64,000 nt of DNA, from contig CP086569.2 in the NCBI GenBank assembly GCA_009914755.4, positions 11,104,001 through 11,168,000 of the forward strand, in the 5' to 3' direction. Origin of the DNA: the human T2T-CHM13v2.0 reference genome, Homo sapiens. Every line of letters starts with the position of its first letter. The stretch's first letter is position 1. This document shows positions 13,090 to 25,600 of the stretch, piece after piece. The notes under the pieces are model-generated. The model was not told where the DNA came from. It worked only from the letters and a program-made list of their open reading frames with translations, and did not search any database. A program made the position numbers and the translations under genes.

Positions 13090-13730
13090 ATTTCATTTCA
13101 CCATTCCATTACATTCTATTCCACTCCACTAGACTCCACTCCATTCCATTCCACTCCACTCCACTTCATTGCATTCCAGTCCATTCCACTCATTTCCTTT
13201 CCTTCGAATTCCATTGCACTCCTTTCCTCTCCACTGCACTCCACTGCACTGCACTCCATTCCATTCTGTTCCACTCCATTGCATTCCATTCCAGTCTTCT
13301 CCACTCCACTCAACTCCATTCCACTAATTTCCTTTCTGTTCCACTCCATTCCATTCTATGCCATTCCACTCTACTCCATTGCAGTCTACTGCATTCCACT
13401 CCACTCTACTCCTTTCCACTCCTCTTCAGTCCACTCCAGTCCACTCCATTCAAATACTCTCTACTCCTATCCATTCCACTCCACTTCAGACCGCTCCCCT
13501 CCATTCCATTTCCCTGCCCTCCGATCCACTCCACACAACTCCACTCCACTCCGCTCCACTCTGTTCCATTCCATTCGGTTTGTTTTGTTCTGTTCCTTTC
13601 CACTCCAATCCACTCCATTTCACTGTACTCAACTACATTCCATTACATCTGATTCCATTTCACTACATTCCAGTCCTTTCCATTTCACTACACTCCATTC
13701 CATACCATACCACTGCATTCCATTCCAATA

Positions 13731-13823
13731 TTTTCTTTTGGCAGGATTTCCCTGTGTCACCAAGGCTGGATTGCAGTGGCACAGTCACCAAGGCTGGATT
13801 GCAGTGGCACAATCTCAGCTCAC
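13731..13823 (-). mobile_element. Alu 3'-end fragment, variant C, with an internal 27-bp tandem duplication
   Basis: tcaccaaggctggattgcagtggcaca occurs twice, at 13,756-13,782 and 13,784-13,810, then atctcagctcac follows. Confidence 0.75.
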
Positions 13824-13915
13824 ATTTCATTTCACCATTCCATTAGCCTCCATTCCATTACATTCCACTCCACTCCTCTCCATTCCTCTCCACTCCACTC
13901 AATTCCATTCCATTC

Positions 13916-13979
13916 CTTTATTTCGATTGGATTTCACACTATCACCCTGACTGCAGTGCAATAGCACAATCTTAGCACA
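13916..13979 (-). mobile_element. Alu 3'-end fragment, variant A (diverged)
   Basis: ctttatttcgattggatttcacactatcaccctgactgcagtgcaatagcacaatcttagcacat. Confidence 0.7.
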
Positions 13980-14218
13980 TATTTTATTTCACCATTGCAT
14001 TCCATTCCATTCCACTCCATTCCATTCCATTCAACTCCATTCCATTCCATTCCGTTCCTCTCCATTCCATTCCATTCCATTCCACTCCATTCCATTCCAT
14101 TCCATTCCATTCCATTCCATTCCATTCCATTCCACTGCATTGCACTCAGCTCCACTCAATTCCACTCCACTCCAATCCATTCCTTACCATTCCATTTAAA
14201 TCCCTTCCATTCCACTCC

Positions 14219-14280
14219 TTTCTTTCAACACATTGTCCCTGTCACACAGGTTGTAGCGCAGTGGCACAAACTCAGCACAC
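14219..14280 (-). mobile_element. Alu 3'-end fragment, variant C (diverged)
   Basis: cttctttcaacacattgtccctgtcacacaggttgtagcgcagtggcacaaactcagcacac. Confidence 0.7.
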
Positions 14281-14444
14281 TTCACTTTTCTCCATATCAT
14301 TCCTTTCCACTCCACTCCCCTCCTCTCCTTTCCACTCCACTCCATTCCACTCCACTCCACTCCAATCCATTTCATTCCATCCCATTCCATTCCACTCCTT
14401 TCAAATCCACTCCACTCCATTCCATTTTATTCCACTGTATTCTA

Positions 14445-14508
14445 TTCCTTGATTTTCTTTCTACAGGATCGCAATCTGTCACACAGGCTGGAGTGCAGTG
14501 GCACAATC
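14445..14508 (-). mobile_element. Alu 3'-end fragment, variant C
   Basis: ttctttctacaggatcgcaatctgtcacacaggctggagtgcagtggcacaatctcaacccac. Confidence 0.75.
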
Positions 14509-14684
14509 TCAACCCACATTTTGTTTCACCCTTCCATTAAATTCCATTCCATTCCATTCCATTCCATTCCATTCCATTCCATTCCATTCCATTCCATTCC
14601 ATTCCCCTCCATTCCATTCCCTTCCACTCCACTCCAATGCACTCCACTCCACTCCACTCTAATGAATTCAATTCTTCTTCATTC

Positions 14685-14753
14685 AATTGCATTCTTTTTT
14701 TTTTTTGGACTGGATATCACGCTCTCACCAAGACAGGAGTGCAGTGGCACAAT
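14685..14753 (-). mobile_element. Alu 3'-end fragment that retains a 12-nt poly-T run, the remnant of the Alu poly(A) tail
   Basis: tttttttttttt ggactggatatcacgctctcaccaagacaggagtgcagtggcacaatctaagcttac. Confidence 0.8.
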
Positions 14754-15464
14754 CTAAGCTTACATTACATTTCACCATTCCATTCCATTTCATTCCATTC
14801 CATTCCATTCCATAGCATTCAATTACACACTACTCCGTCCATCCCATTCCACTCCACTCCATTCCATTCCACTCCACTCCCCTCCAATCCATTCCACTCT
14901 ACTCCAATCAATTCCAATCCACTCCACTCCATTCCACTACACTCCATTCTATTCAATTCTTTTTCATGCTATTCCATTCAACTGCTTTGCATTTCATTCC
15001 ACTCCACTGAACTCCACTTCATTCCATTCCACTTCTCTCTACCCCACAGCACTCCATTCCCTTCCACTCCACTGCACTCCACCCCACTCCACTCTGATCT
15101 GCTCCATTCCATTCCACTCCACTGCATTCCATCCCACACTTCAGTCCCCTCCATTCCATTGCATTCCGTTCCATTCTTTTCCATTCCATTCCTCTCCTCT
15201 CCTTTTCATTCAATTCCACTTCACTCTACTCAACTCTATTCCATTCCATTCTTCTCCAATCCATTACTTTCCACTCCATTCCATTCCATTCCACTCCACT
15301 CCACTCCACTCCACTCCATTCCACTCCACTCCACTCCATTCTATTACAATCCACTCCATTATATTCCATTCCACTAGACTCCACACCACTCCAGTCCCCT
15401 CCAATCTACCTCACGGCACTGCATTCCATTCCATTAAATTCCACTCCTTTACATCCCATTCCTT

Positions 15465-15524
15465 TCCTTCAACAGAATCTCATTCTGCAACCAGGCTGGA
15501 GTGCAGTGGCAAAATCTCAGCTCA
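15465..15524 (-). mobile_element. Alu 3'-end fragment, variant C
   Basis: ccttcaacagaatctcattctgcaaccaggctggagtgcagtggcaaaatctcagctcat. Confidence 0.75.
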
Positions 15525-16460
15525 TATTTCATTTATCATTCCATTCTATTCCATTCCATTTTTATCCATTCTATTCCCGTCTACTACATTCCATTCCACT
15601 CCACTCCACTCCATTCCACTCAATTTCATTCCATTCCATTCCATTCCATTCCATTCCATTCCATTCCACTCTACTGCACTCCTCTCCACCACACTCCTAT
15701 CCACTGCATTCCATTCCATTAAATTGCATTCCAGGCATTTCATTCCACTCCACTCCACTAAACTCCAATACGTTCCATTCTTCACCAGTCTACTCGATTT
15801 CACTCCATTCCACTCCACCCCAGTCCATTCCACTCCATTCCACAACACTCCAGTACATTCCTTTCCACTCCACTCCATTCTCTTCCATTCCATTCCATTC
15901 AATTTCTCTTCATTTCATTCCATTCCCCTCTATTCCATTCAACTTCACTCCATTAGATTCCAGTCAACTCCATTCCACTCCACTCCACTCCATTCCATTC
16001 CATTCCATTCTATTCTATTCCATTCTATTCCATTCCACTCCACTCCACTCCTTTCCGTTACAATACATTCCACTCCATTCCACTCTACTCCACTCCACTG
16101 AACTCCATTCCATTGCATTCCACTCCATTTTATTCCATTACATTCCACTCCACTCCACACCACTCCACTCCATTCCACTCCATTCCACTCCATTCCTTTC
16201 CATTCCACTCCACTCTACTCCACTCCTCTTCACTATGCTCCATTCCATTGCATTCCAATCCACTCCATTCCACTCCACTCCCTTCCTTTCCATTGCACTA
16301 CACCCAATTCCACTCCACTCCACTCCATTCCCCTTCAGTCCAGTCCACTCCACCCCATGCCACTCCTCTGTAGTGCATTCCACTCCACTGCACTCCACTC
16401 TACTCCAATCCACTCCATTACATTCCATTCCGTTTGATTTCACTCCACTGCATTCCATTC

Positions 16461-16524
16461 CTTTCTTTCAACAAGATATCATTGTATCACCCAGACTGGA
16501 GTGCAGTGGCACAGTCTCAACTGA
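16461..16524 (-). mobile_element. Alu 3'-end fragment, variant B (GCATT tract follows to about 16,625)
   Basis: ctttctttcaacaagatatcattgtatcacccagactggagtgcagtggcacagtctcaactgac, followed by attacatgtcctctttcttttgcattgcatt. Confidence 0.8.
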
Positions 16525-17586
16525 CATTACATGTCCTCTTTCTTTTGCATTGCATTCTATTCCATTGCCTTGCATTGCATTGCATTGCGTTGCATTCCAG
16601 AGCATTGTATTGCATTCCATTCCATTCCATTCCTTTCCATCCCATTCCATTCCATTCCACTTCCTTCCATTCCATTCAACCCCATTCACCTCCACTCCAC
16701 TCCACTCCACCCCACTCCATTGCATTCCATTCCATTACAGTGCACTCCACTGCACTCCATTCCATTCCACTTCAATCCACTCCACTCCACTCCTCTCCAT
16801 TAAATTCCATTCCATTCCACTCTATTCCACTCTTCTCCACCACACTTAACTCCATTCCATTCCATTCCATTCCACTCCATTCCATTCCATCCCACTCCAT
16901 TCCAGTCCATTCCACTCCACTCCACTCCACTCCACTATATTACTTTCCATTCCTCTCACTCCACTCCATTCCACTCCATTCCACTTCACTCCACTCCATT
17001 CCAGTCCACTCCACTGCATCCCACTGCACTCCACTGCATTCCATTCCACTCCACTCCATTCCCTTCCATTCAATTCCACCCCCTTCCACTCCACTCCATT
17101 CCACTCCCCTCTGTTCCATTTCACCCCACTCATTTCCATTCCTGTCAACTCCATTCTACTCCACTCTACTCCATTCCTTTCCTTTCTATTCCACTCCATA
17201 CCACTCCATTCCATTCCATTCTACTCCACTCAAATCCACTTCATTCCACTCCATTCCACTCCAGTGAACTCCTTTCCACTCCATTCCATTACCTTCCACT
17301 CCACTCCTCTCCGTTCCGTTCCATTCTACTCCATTCCACTCTACTCCACTTCACTCCACTCCAATTCACTCCGCTCCATTCCATTCCAATCCTTTCCACT
17401 GCATTCCACTTCACTCCATTCCATTCCATTCCACTCCACCCCATTCCACTCCTCTCCATTCCATTCCAATCCAGTTCAATCCGCTCCACCCCATTCCAAT
17501 CCACCCCACTGTATACCACTCCAATCCACTCCATTCTACTCCAATCCAGTCCATTCCATTCCATTTCTCTCCACTGTATTCCATTC

Positions 17587-17650
17587 CTTTCTTTCAACAG
17601 GATGTCACTGTGTTACCCAGGCTGGAGTGCAGTTACAGTATCTCAGCTCA
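17587..17650 (-). mobile_element. Alu 3'-end fragment, variant B (GCATT tract follows to about 17,745)
   Basis: ctttctttcaacaggatgtcactgtgttacccaggctggagtgcagttacagtatctcagctca, followed by aattgaatgtcaactttccattgcgttgcatt. Confidence 0.8.
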
Positions 17651-17843
17651 AATTGAATGTCAACTTTCCATTGCGTTGCATTCTATTTCATTGCCTTACA
17701 ATGCTTTGCGTTGCATGGCATTCCATTGCATTGCAAAGCATTCCATTCCATTCCATTCCATTCCATTCCATTCCATTCCATTCCATTCCATTCCATTCCA
17801 TTCCATTCGTTTCCATTCCATTCCACTCCATTCCATTCCATTC

Positions 17844-17907
17844 CTTTCTTTAAACAGGATCTCTCTCTGTCACAAAGGCAAGAGTGCAGTGGCAGATTCT
17901 CAGCTTA
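17844..17907 (-). mobile_element. Alu 3'-end fragment, variant C
   Basis: cctttctttaaacaggatctctctctgtcacaaaggcaagagtgcagtggcagattctcagcttac. Confidence 0.75.
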
Positions 17908-18083
17908 CATTTATTTTCACCATTCCATTGTATTCCATTCCATCCCATTCCATTCTACTCTATTTCACTCCACTCCACTTCTCTCCATTCCTTTCCAATC
18001 GACTCCATTGCACTCCATTCCAATCCACTCCACTCCACTCCATTCCATTCCATTCCATTTCACTCCATTGCATTCCATTCCTT

Positions 18084-18146
18084 CCTTTCGACAGGATATC
18101 ACTGTGTCACCAAGACTTAATTGTAGTGGCACAATCTCACCTCACA
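18084..18146 (-). mobile_element. Alu 3'-end fragment, variant B (GCATT tract follows to about 18,232)
   Basis: cctttcgacaggatatcactgtgtcaccaagacttaattgtagtggcacaatctcacctcac, followed by attacatgtcaactttccattgcattgtatt. Confidence 0.8.
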
Positions 18147-18996
18147 TTACATGTCAACTTTCCATTGCATTGTATTCTACTCCATTGCATTCCATTGCAT
18201 TCCCTTCCATTCCTTTGTATTTCATTCCACTCCACTCCATTGCACTCCATTTCACTCCACTCCTTTGCTCTCCACTGCATTCCACTACATTCCTTTTCAC
18301 TCTACTCCATTCCACTCCAATAGACTCCACTAAACGCCACTCCATTCCATTCCACTCCACTCCACTCCAGGCCAATCCAGTCCACTCCATTCCACTCCAC
18401 TCCAATCCATTCCATTTGACTCCACTCCATTCCATTCCACTTCACTCCATTACAATCCTATCTACTCCACTCCATTCCACTCCACTCCACTCCATTCCAT
18501 TCCTGTCCAATCCACTCCATTCCTCTCCACTCCACCCCACTCCACTCCATTTCATTCCACTCTACTCCATTCCACTCCACTCCACTGGATTCCAATCCAC
18601 TCCACCCCACTGCATCCATTCCATTCCATTCCACTGCACTCCACTCCTCTCCATTCCACTCCATTCCATTCCATTCCACTCCATTCCACTCTACTCCCCT
18701 ACTCTCCACTCCAATCCACTCCACTCCTTTCCATTCCATTACATTCCACTCTATTCCACTGCTCTCCATCCCATTCCATTCTTCTCCTCCCCATTCCACA
18801 CCTCTCCACTCCTTTCCTCTCCTGTCCCATCCACTCTAACCCATTCCACTCCACCCCATTCCACTCCACCCCACTGCATTCCACTCCACTCCATGCCATT
18901 CCATTCCACTGCATTCCACTCCAATCCCCTCTACTTCACTCCACTCCACTCCTCTCCAGTACAGTCTGTTCCTTTCCACTGCATTAATTTCCATTC

Positions 18997-19060
18997 CTTT
19001 TTTTGGAAGGATCTCACTCTGTCACCCAGGCTGCTGTGCAGTGGCACAATCTCAGCTCAC
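18997..19060 (-). mobile_element. Alu 3'-end fragment, variant C
   Basis: cctttttttggaaggatctcactctgtcacccaggctgctgtgcagtggcacaatctcagctcac. Confidence 0.8.
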
Positions 19061-19183
19061 ATTTCATTTCTCCTTTCCGTTCCATTCCATTCCACTGCAC
19101 TCCACTCCAACCCACTTAATTGCATTCCACTCCACTCCAATCCGTTACATTCCATTCCTATCCAATCCCTTACATTCCACTCC

Positions 19184-19247
19184 TTTCTTTTGAAAGTATA
19201 TCCCTCTGTCACCGATGCTGTAGCATAGTCATGCAATCTCAGCACAC
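19184..19247 (-). mobile_element. Alu 3'-end fragment, variant C (diverged)
   Basis: cctttcttttgaaagtatatccctctgtcaccgatgctgtagcatagtcatgcaatctcagcac. Confidence 0.65.
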
Positions 19248-19618
19248 ATTTCTTTTCACCATTCCATTGCGTTCCATTCCATTTCTCTCCACTCCCTTCC
19301 ACTGCTTTCCATTCCACTCCACTCAACTCCATTCCATTGCAATCCACTGCACTCGACTCCACTCAGTTTCATTCCATTCCACTCCATTCCCCTCCCCTCC
19401 TCTCCTTTCCATTCCAATCCTCTCCATTCCACTCCATTCCATTCCATTCCATTCCATTCCATTCAACTCGTTTTCACTCCACTCCACTCCACTCCTTCCC
19501 ATTCCACTCCATCCCATTCCATTCGACTCCATTCCACTCCACTCCACTCCTCTCTTTTCTAATCCACTTCATGCGATTCCATTCCATTCCATTCCATTTC
19601 AAACCGTTGCATTCCATT

Positions 19619-19684
19619 CCTTTCTTTTGAGAGGATATCACTATGTCACCCAGGCTGGTGTGCAGTGGTATAATCTCAGCTAAC
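19619..19684 (-). mobile_element. Alu 3'-end fragment, variant B (GCATT tract follows to about 19,800)
   Basis: cctttcttttgagaggatatcactatgtcacccaggctggtgtgcagtggtataatctcagctaac, followed by attacatgtcaactttccattgcattgcatt. Confidence 0.8.
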
Positions 19685-22600
19685 ATTACATGTCAACTTT
19701 CCATTGCATTGCATTCTATTCCTTTGCTTTGCATTGCATTGCATTGTTTTCCATTACCTTGCATTCTATTCCATTCCGTTTCATTCCAGGGCATTCCTTT
19801 GCATTCCACTCCTTTCCATTCCATTCCACTCCACTCCATTTCACTCAACTTCACTCCACTCCATTCCATTCCATTCCATTACACTCACTCCACTCCATAC
19901 CATCCCACCCTTTCCACTCCATTCCACTCAATTCCAGTTCACTTCACTCCAGTCCAATCCACTCGATTCCACTTCAATCCATTCCGTTCCATTCCACTCC
20001 ATTCCATTCCACTCCACTTCATTCCATTCCACTCCACCCCATTCCATTCCAGTCCACTGCACTCCATCGACTCCATTTCATTCCATTCCATTCCACTCCA
20101 CTGCACACCACTCCATTCCATTACACACCATTCCTTTCCACTCCACCCCACTCCAATCCATTCTTGTCCACTCCACTCCAATGGGGGCATTGTTACATAT
20201 TTCTGCACTGATCACCCAGGTAATGCAACTGTTGTCTACACTCTGCCTACAGGGGCATTGTGACATATCACTACACTGATCCCACAGGTGATGAGACTCT
20301 TCTCCACGCTCTGCCTACAGGGGTCTTTGTGACATATCACTGCACTGATCACTCAGGTGATGGGACTCTTCTCTATACTCTGCCTAGAGGGGGATTTGTA
20401 ACATAGTTTTGCTCTGACCACCCAGGAGATGGAAGTCTTGTCTAGGCTCTATCTATGGGGGCATTGTGTCAAATATCCGCACTGATCATCGAGGGGATTT
20501 AACGTTGTCAAGGCTCTGTCTACAGGGATTTTTGTGGCATATCACTGCATTAATCACCAAGATGATGTAACTCTTCTCTAGGCTCTGTTTACATGGGCAT
20601 TTTCACCTATCACTGCACTGATCACCCAGGTGATGTAACCCTTGTCTAGGCTCTGCCTACCAGGGCTTTGTGACACATCTCTACACTGATCACCCGGGTG
20701 ATGTAAGTCTTTGTTGGATCTGCCTATGGGAGCATGCGACATATCTCTGCAGTGATCACCCAGGTGACAGGACCCTTTTCTAGGCTCTCTGTATGGGGGA
20801 TTTGTGACATATCTCCGCACTGATCACCAAGGTGATGTAACGTTTGACTAGGCTCTGCCTACTGGGGCATAGTGACATATCACTGCACTAATCACCGAGC
20901 TGATGTACCTCTTACCCAGGCTCTGCCAATACGGGGTCTTTTGACATATCTCTGCACTGATTGTCTAGGTGATGTTACTCTTGATTACGTTCTGCCTGCA
21001 GGGGCATTGTGAAATATATATTTACTGATCAAACAGGATATGTAACTCTTCTCTAATCTCTGTCTACAGGTGGCATTGTGGCATAACACTGCACTGATCA
21101 CCCAGGTGATGGGACTCTTCTCCAGGTTATGCCTACTGGGGACACTGTCACATATTTCTGCAGTGATCACCCAGGTGACGGACTTTTGTCTTGGATCTGG
21201 CTATGGGTGCAATGTGACATATCTCTGCATTGATCATCCAGGTCATGTAACTCTGGTCTAAGCACTGCCTAAAGGGACATTGTGACAGATCTCTGCACTG
21301 ATCACTCAGGTGATCTAACTATTGTCTAGGTTCTGCTTAAAGGAGCCTTGTCACATACCTCTGCACTGATTACCGAGGTGATGTAACTCTTGTCAAGGAT
21401 CTCCTTTCAGGGGGTATTGTTACACGTCTCTGAACTGATCACCTAAGTGATGTGACACTAGCGTAGGCTTTGCCTACAGGGGCATTTTGACATATCTCTG
21501 CACTGTTAACCGAGGTGATGTAACTATTTTCTAGGCTGTGACCACAGGGGGATCGAGACATATATCTGCACTAATCGCCAGGTGATCCAACTGTTGTCTG
21601 GGCTCTGCCTACTGGGGACATTGTGACATATCTCTGCACTGATCTCCCAAGTGATGTAACTTTTGTCTAGGCTCTGGCTACGCGGCATTTTGACATATCA
21701 CTGCACTGGACACCCAAGTGATATAACTCGTGTCTAGGCTCTGCCTACAGGGGGCCTGTGACATACCTCTGCACTGATCACCCAAGTGATGTAACTCTTG
21801 TCTGGGATCTGCCTGCAGGTTGCTTTGTGACATATCCCGTCAATGATCACCCAGGTGATGTACCACTTGTCAAGGCTCTGCCTACAGGGGCATTGTGAAG
21901 TATCTCTGCACTGATCACCTAGGTCATATAACCCTTGTCTAGGATCTCTCTGCAGTGGCATTGTGACATATCTCTGCAGTGATCACCCAGGTAATGTAAC
22001 TCTTGTCTAGGATCTGCCTATAGGGTGCTTTGTGACATTTCCCTGCAATGATCACCCAGGTGATATGCCATTTGTCTAGGCTCTGCCTACAGGGACATTA
22101 CGATGTATCTCTGAACTGATCACCTAGATCACGTATTTTTTTCTAGGTTCTGCCTACAGTGGCACTGTGGCATATCTCTGCAGTGATCACCCAGGTGATG
22201 TAACTCTTGTCTAGAATCTGACTACATGGTGCTTTGTGACATATCCCTGCAATGTTCACCAAGGTGTTGTACCACTTGTCAAAGCTCTGCCTGCTGGAGC
22301 ACTGCGACGTATCTCTACACTAATCACCTAGGTCATGTAATTCTTTTCTAGGATCTTCCAACAGTGGCATTGTGACATATCTCTGCACTGATCACCCAGG
22401 TGATGTAACACTTGTCTAGGATCTGTCTAAAAAGACTTTGTGACATAACTTTGCGCTGATCCCCCAGGTGAAGGGACTTTTGTCTATGCTCTGCTACGGT
22501 GGCATTGTGACATATCTCTACACTGATCACCCAGGTGTTGTAACTCTTGTGTTGGATCTGCCTACTGGGCATTGCGACATATTGCTGCACTGATCACCAA

Positions 22601-25600
22601 GGTGATGTGACTCTTGTCTTGTCTAGGCTCGGTGTATGGGGGATTTGTGACTTATCTCTGCACTGATTACCCAGGTGATGTAACGCTTGACTAGGCTCTG
22701 CCTACTGGGACACAGAGACAGATCATTGCATTGATCATCAAGCTGATTTGTCTGTTGTCCAGGATCTGTCTACAGGGGGCCTTGTGACGTATCTCTGCAC
22801 TGATCATCTAGGTGCTGTATCTCTTGCTTACGTTCTTTTTGCAGGGGCTTTGTGAAATATCTCTGTATTGATCAACCAGGTGATGTAACTCTTGTCTAGG
22901 CTCTGCCTACAGGGGGCATTGTGGAATAACTCTGCACTGATCACCCAGGTGATGTAACTCATCTGAGCTCTGCCTACAGGGGCCTTGTGACATATCACTG
23001 CACTAATCACCCCGGGGAGAGAATTCCTCTCTAGGCTCTACTTACAGGGGGCTTTGTGACCTGTCTCTGCAATGATCACCCAGTGATGTAACACTTGTCT
23101 AGGATCTGCGTTAAGGGACTTTGAGACATAACTCTGCACTGATCATCCAGGTGTTGGGGCTTTTATCTAGGCTCTGCCTACAGGGGCATTGTGACGTATT
23201 TCTGCACTGAACACCCAGGTGACGGACTCTTGTCTTGCATATGCCTATTTGGGATTTCTGGCATATCTCTGCACTGATCACCCAGGTAATGAAACTGTGC
23301 TATAAGCTCTGCCTACAGGGGAATTTTGAGAGATCTCTCCACTGTTCACCCAAGTGACGTAACTATTTTCTAGGCTTTGCCTACAGGGGGTTTGTGACAT
23401 ATCTTTGCACTGATCACCCAGTGATGTAACTCCTCTAAGCTCTTCCTTCAGGGGCCTTGTGACATTTCTCTGCCATGCTTACCCTGGGGAGAGAATTCTT
23501 GTCTACGCTCTGCCTACAGGGGTCTCTGTGACATATCACTGCACTGATCTTGAAGGTGATGTAACAGTTTTATAAGCTCTGCCTACAGAGTGTATAGTGA
23601 AATATATCTGCACTGATCACCTAGGTGATGTAACTCTTGTCTACCCTCTGCCTGCAGGGGGCATTGTGAAATATCTCTGCACTGATCAACTAGGTGACGT
23701 AACCCTTCTCTAGTCTCTGCCTACAGGGGCGTTTTGACATATCTCTGAACTGGTGACAAAGGTGATGTAACTCTTGCCTAGGCTTTGCCTGCAGGAGACA
23801 TTGTGACATATCTCTGCACTGATCACACAGGTGATGTAACTCTTGTCTAGTCTTTGCCTACAGAGGGCGTTGTGGCATATCTCTGTACTGATCTCTCAGG
23901 CGAGGTAACTCTTGTCTAGTCTCTGCCTACAGAGGGCATTGTGACATCACTCTGCAATGATCACCCAGGTGATGTAACTCTTGTCTAGGCTCTGCCTACC
24001 GGGGCATTTTAACATATCACTGCACTGATCACTGAGATGATGTAACTCTTGTATATGCTTCGCTGACAGGGGGCATTGAGACATATCTCTCTGTTGATCA
24101 CCGAGGTGATGCTAGTCTTGTCTAGGATCTGCCTGTAGAGGGCATTGTGAAATATCTCTGACCTGATCATCCAGGTGATGTAATTCTGGTCTAGGCTCTG
24201 CCTACTGGAGACACTGTGACTTATCTCTGCACTGATCACACAGGTGATGTAACTCTTGTCTAGTCTTTGCCTACAGAGGGCGTTGTGGCATATCTCTGCA
24301 CTGATCTCTCAGGTGAGGTAACTCTTGTCTAGTCTCTGCCTGCAGAGTGAGTTGTGACATCACTCTGCAATGATCACCCAGGTGACGTAACTCTTGCCTA
24401 GGCTCTGCCTACATGGATATTGTGACATGTCTGTTCACTGATCACCCAGGTGATGTAAATTTTGTCTAGTCTCTGCCCACATGAGGATTTTGATATATCC
24501 CTGCACTGATCACCGAGATGATGTAACTCTTTTCTGGGCTTTTCTGACAGGAGGCATTGAGACATATCTCTGCACTGATCACTGAGGTGATGCAACTCTT
24601 GTGTGGGCTCAGCCTACAGGGGGCATTGTGACATACCTCGGCCCTGATCACCCAGGTGATGTAACTCTTGTCTAGGCTCAGCCTAAAGGTGGTATTGTGA
24701 CATATCTCTGCACTGATAACCCAGGTGATGCAATTCTTCTCTAGGATCTGCCTACAGGGGCATTGTGACATATCTCTGCACTGATCACAAAGGTGATGTA
24801 ACTCTTCTTTAGGCTCTGCCTGCAAGGTGCTTTGTGAAATCAATCTGTATTGATAATCCAGGTGATGTAACATTTGTCTAGGCTCTGCCTAAGGGGGCAC
24901 TGTGACACATCTCTGCACTGATCACTGAAGTGATGTGACCCCTGTCTAAGTTCCCCCTATGGGTGCATTGTGAGATATCTCATCACTGATTCCCCAAATT
25001 ATGTAACCCTTTTCTAGGGTTTGCCTAAAGGGGGATTTGCCACATATGTCTGTACTGATCACCCAGGTGGTGTAACCCTTTTCTGGGGTCTGCCTACAGG
25101 GAAGTTGTGACATATCACTGCACTGATCACCCAGGTGATGTAACTTTTCTCTGGGCTGTACTTTCATGGGTCTTTGTGACATATCTCTGCACTGACCAAC
25201 TAGGTGATGTAACTCTTTTCTAGGCTTTTCCCGGAGGAGGCATTATTACATATCTCTACAATGATCACTGAGGTAGTGCAACTCTTGTCTACGCTATGCC
25301 TACAAGGGCATTGTGACATATCCCTACACTCATAACACAGGTGATGTCACTCTTGTCTAAGCTCTGCCAACCGGGGTCTTAGTGACATAACTCTGCACTG
25401 ATCACTCAGATGATGGTACTCTTCTCAATACTCTGACTAGAGGAGGATTTGTGACATATCCCTGCACTGATCACCCAGGTGATCGAAGTCTTGTCTAGGC
25501 TCTGTCTAAGGGGGCATTGTGTCAAATATCTGCACTGATCACCCAGGTGATGTAACTCTTTTCTAGGCTCTGTCTACAGGGATTTTTGTGATATATCACT

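Larger units (their letters stand above)
1..20183. repeat. Human Satellite 3 (HSat3) array, block 1. The + strand shows (CCATT)n/(ATTCC)n, i.e. (GGAAT)n on the minus strand, with CCACT/CCAGT/CCGTT variant pentamers.
   Basis: Seen directly: thousands of tandem ccatt/ccact pentamers, including long perfect runs at about 4,815-4,870, 8,880-8,995 and 14,530-14,610. The HSat2-type ATTCGATTCC decamer dominance is absent, and no canonical CAACCCGAGT 10-mer was seen. Confidence 0.93.

Noticed and set aside
14685-14698. A 12-nt poly-T run as a possible regulatory or terminator element
   Set aside because: It sits exactly at the 3' end of an antisense Alu fragment. It is the A-tail remnant of the retroelement.
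1-20183. Dozens of long + strand ORFs (up to 716 aa, e.g. 6995..9145) rich in IPFHS/TPLHS, and minus-strand ORFs rich in MEWNG/VEWSG
   Set aside because: These are artefacts of the stop-free pentamer periodicity. ATTCC repeated in frame gives Ile-Pro-Phe-His-Ser, and GGAAT gives Gly-Met-Glu-Trp-Asn. There is no start context, the composition is not protein-like, and they overlap on both strands.
1-20183. HSat2 classification instead of HSat3
   Set aside because: The diverged CATTCGATTC-type decamers rich in TaqI/HinfI sites that define HSat2 are rare here (e.g. 3,861-3,900 only). The bulk is clean CCATT/CCACT pentamers, so this is HSat3 or simple (ATTCC)n.
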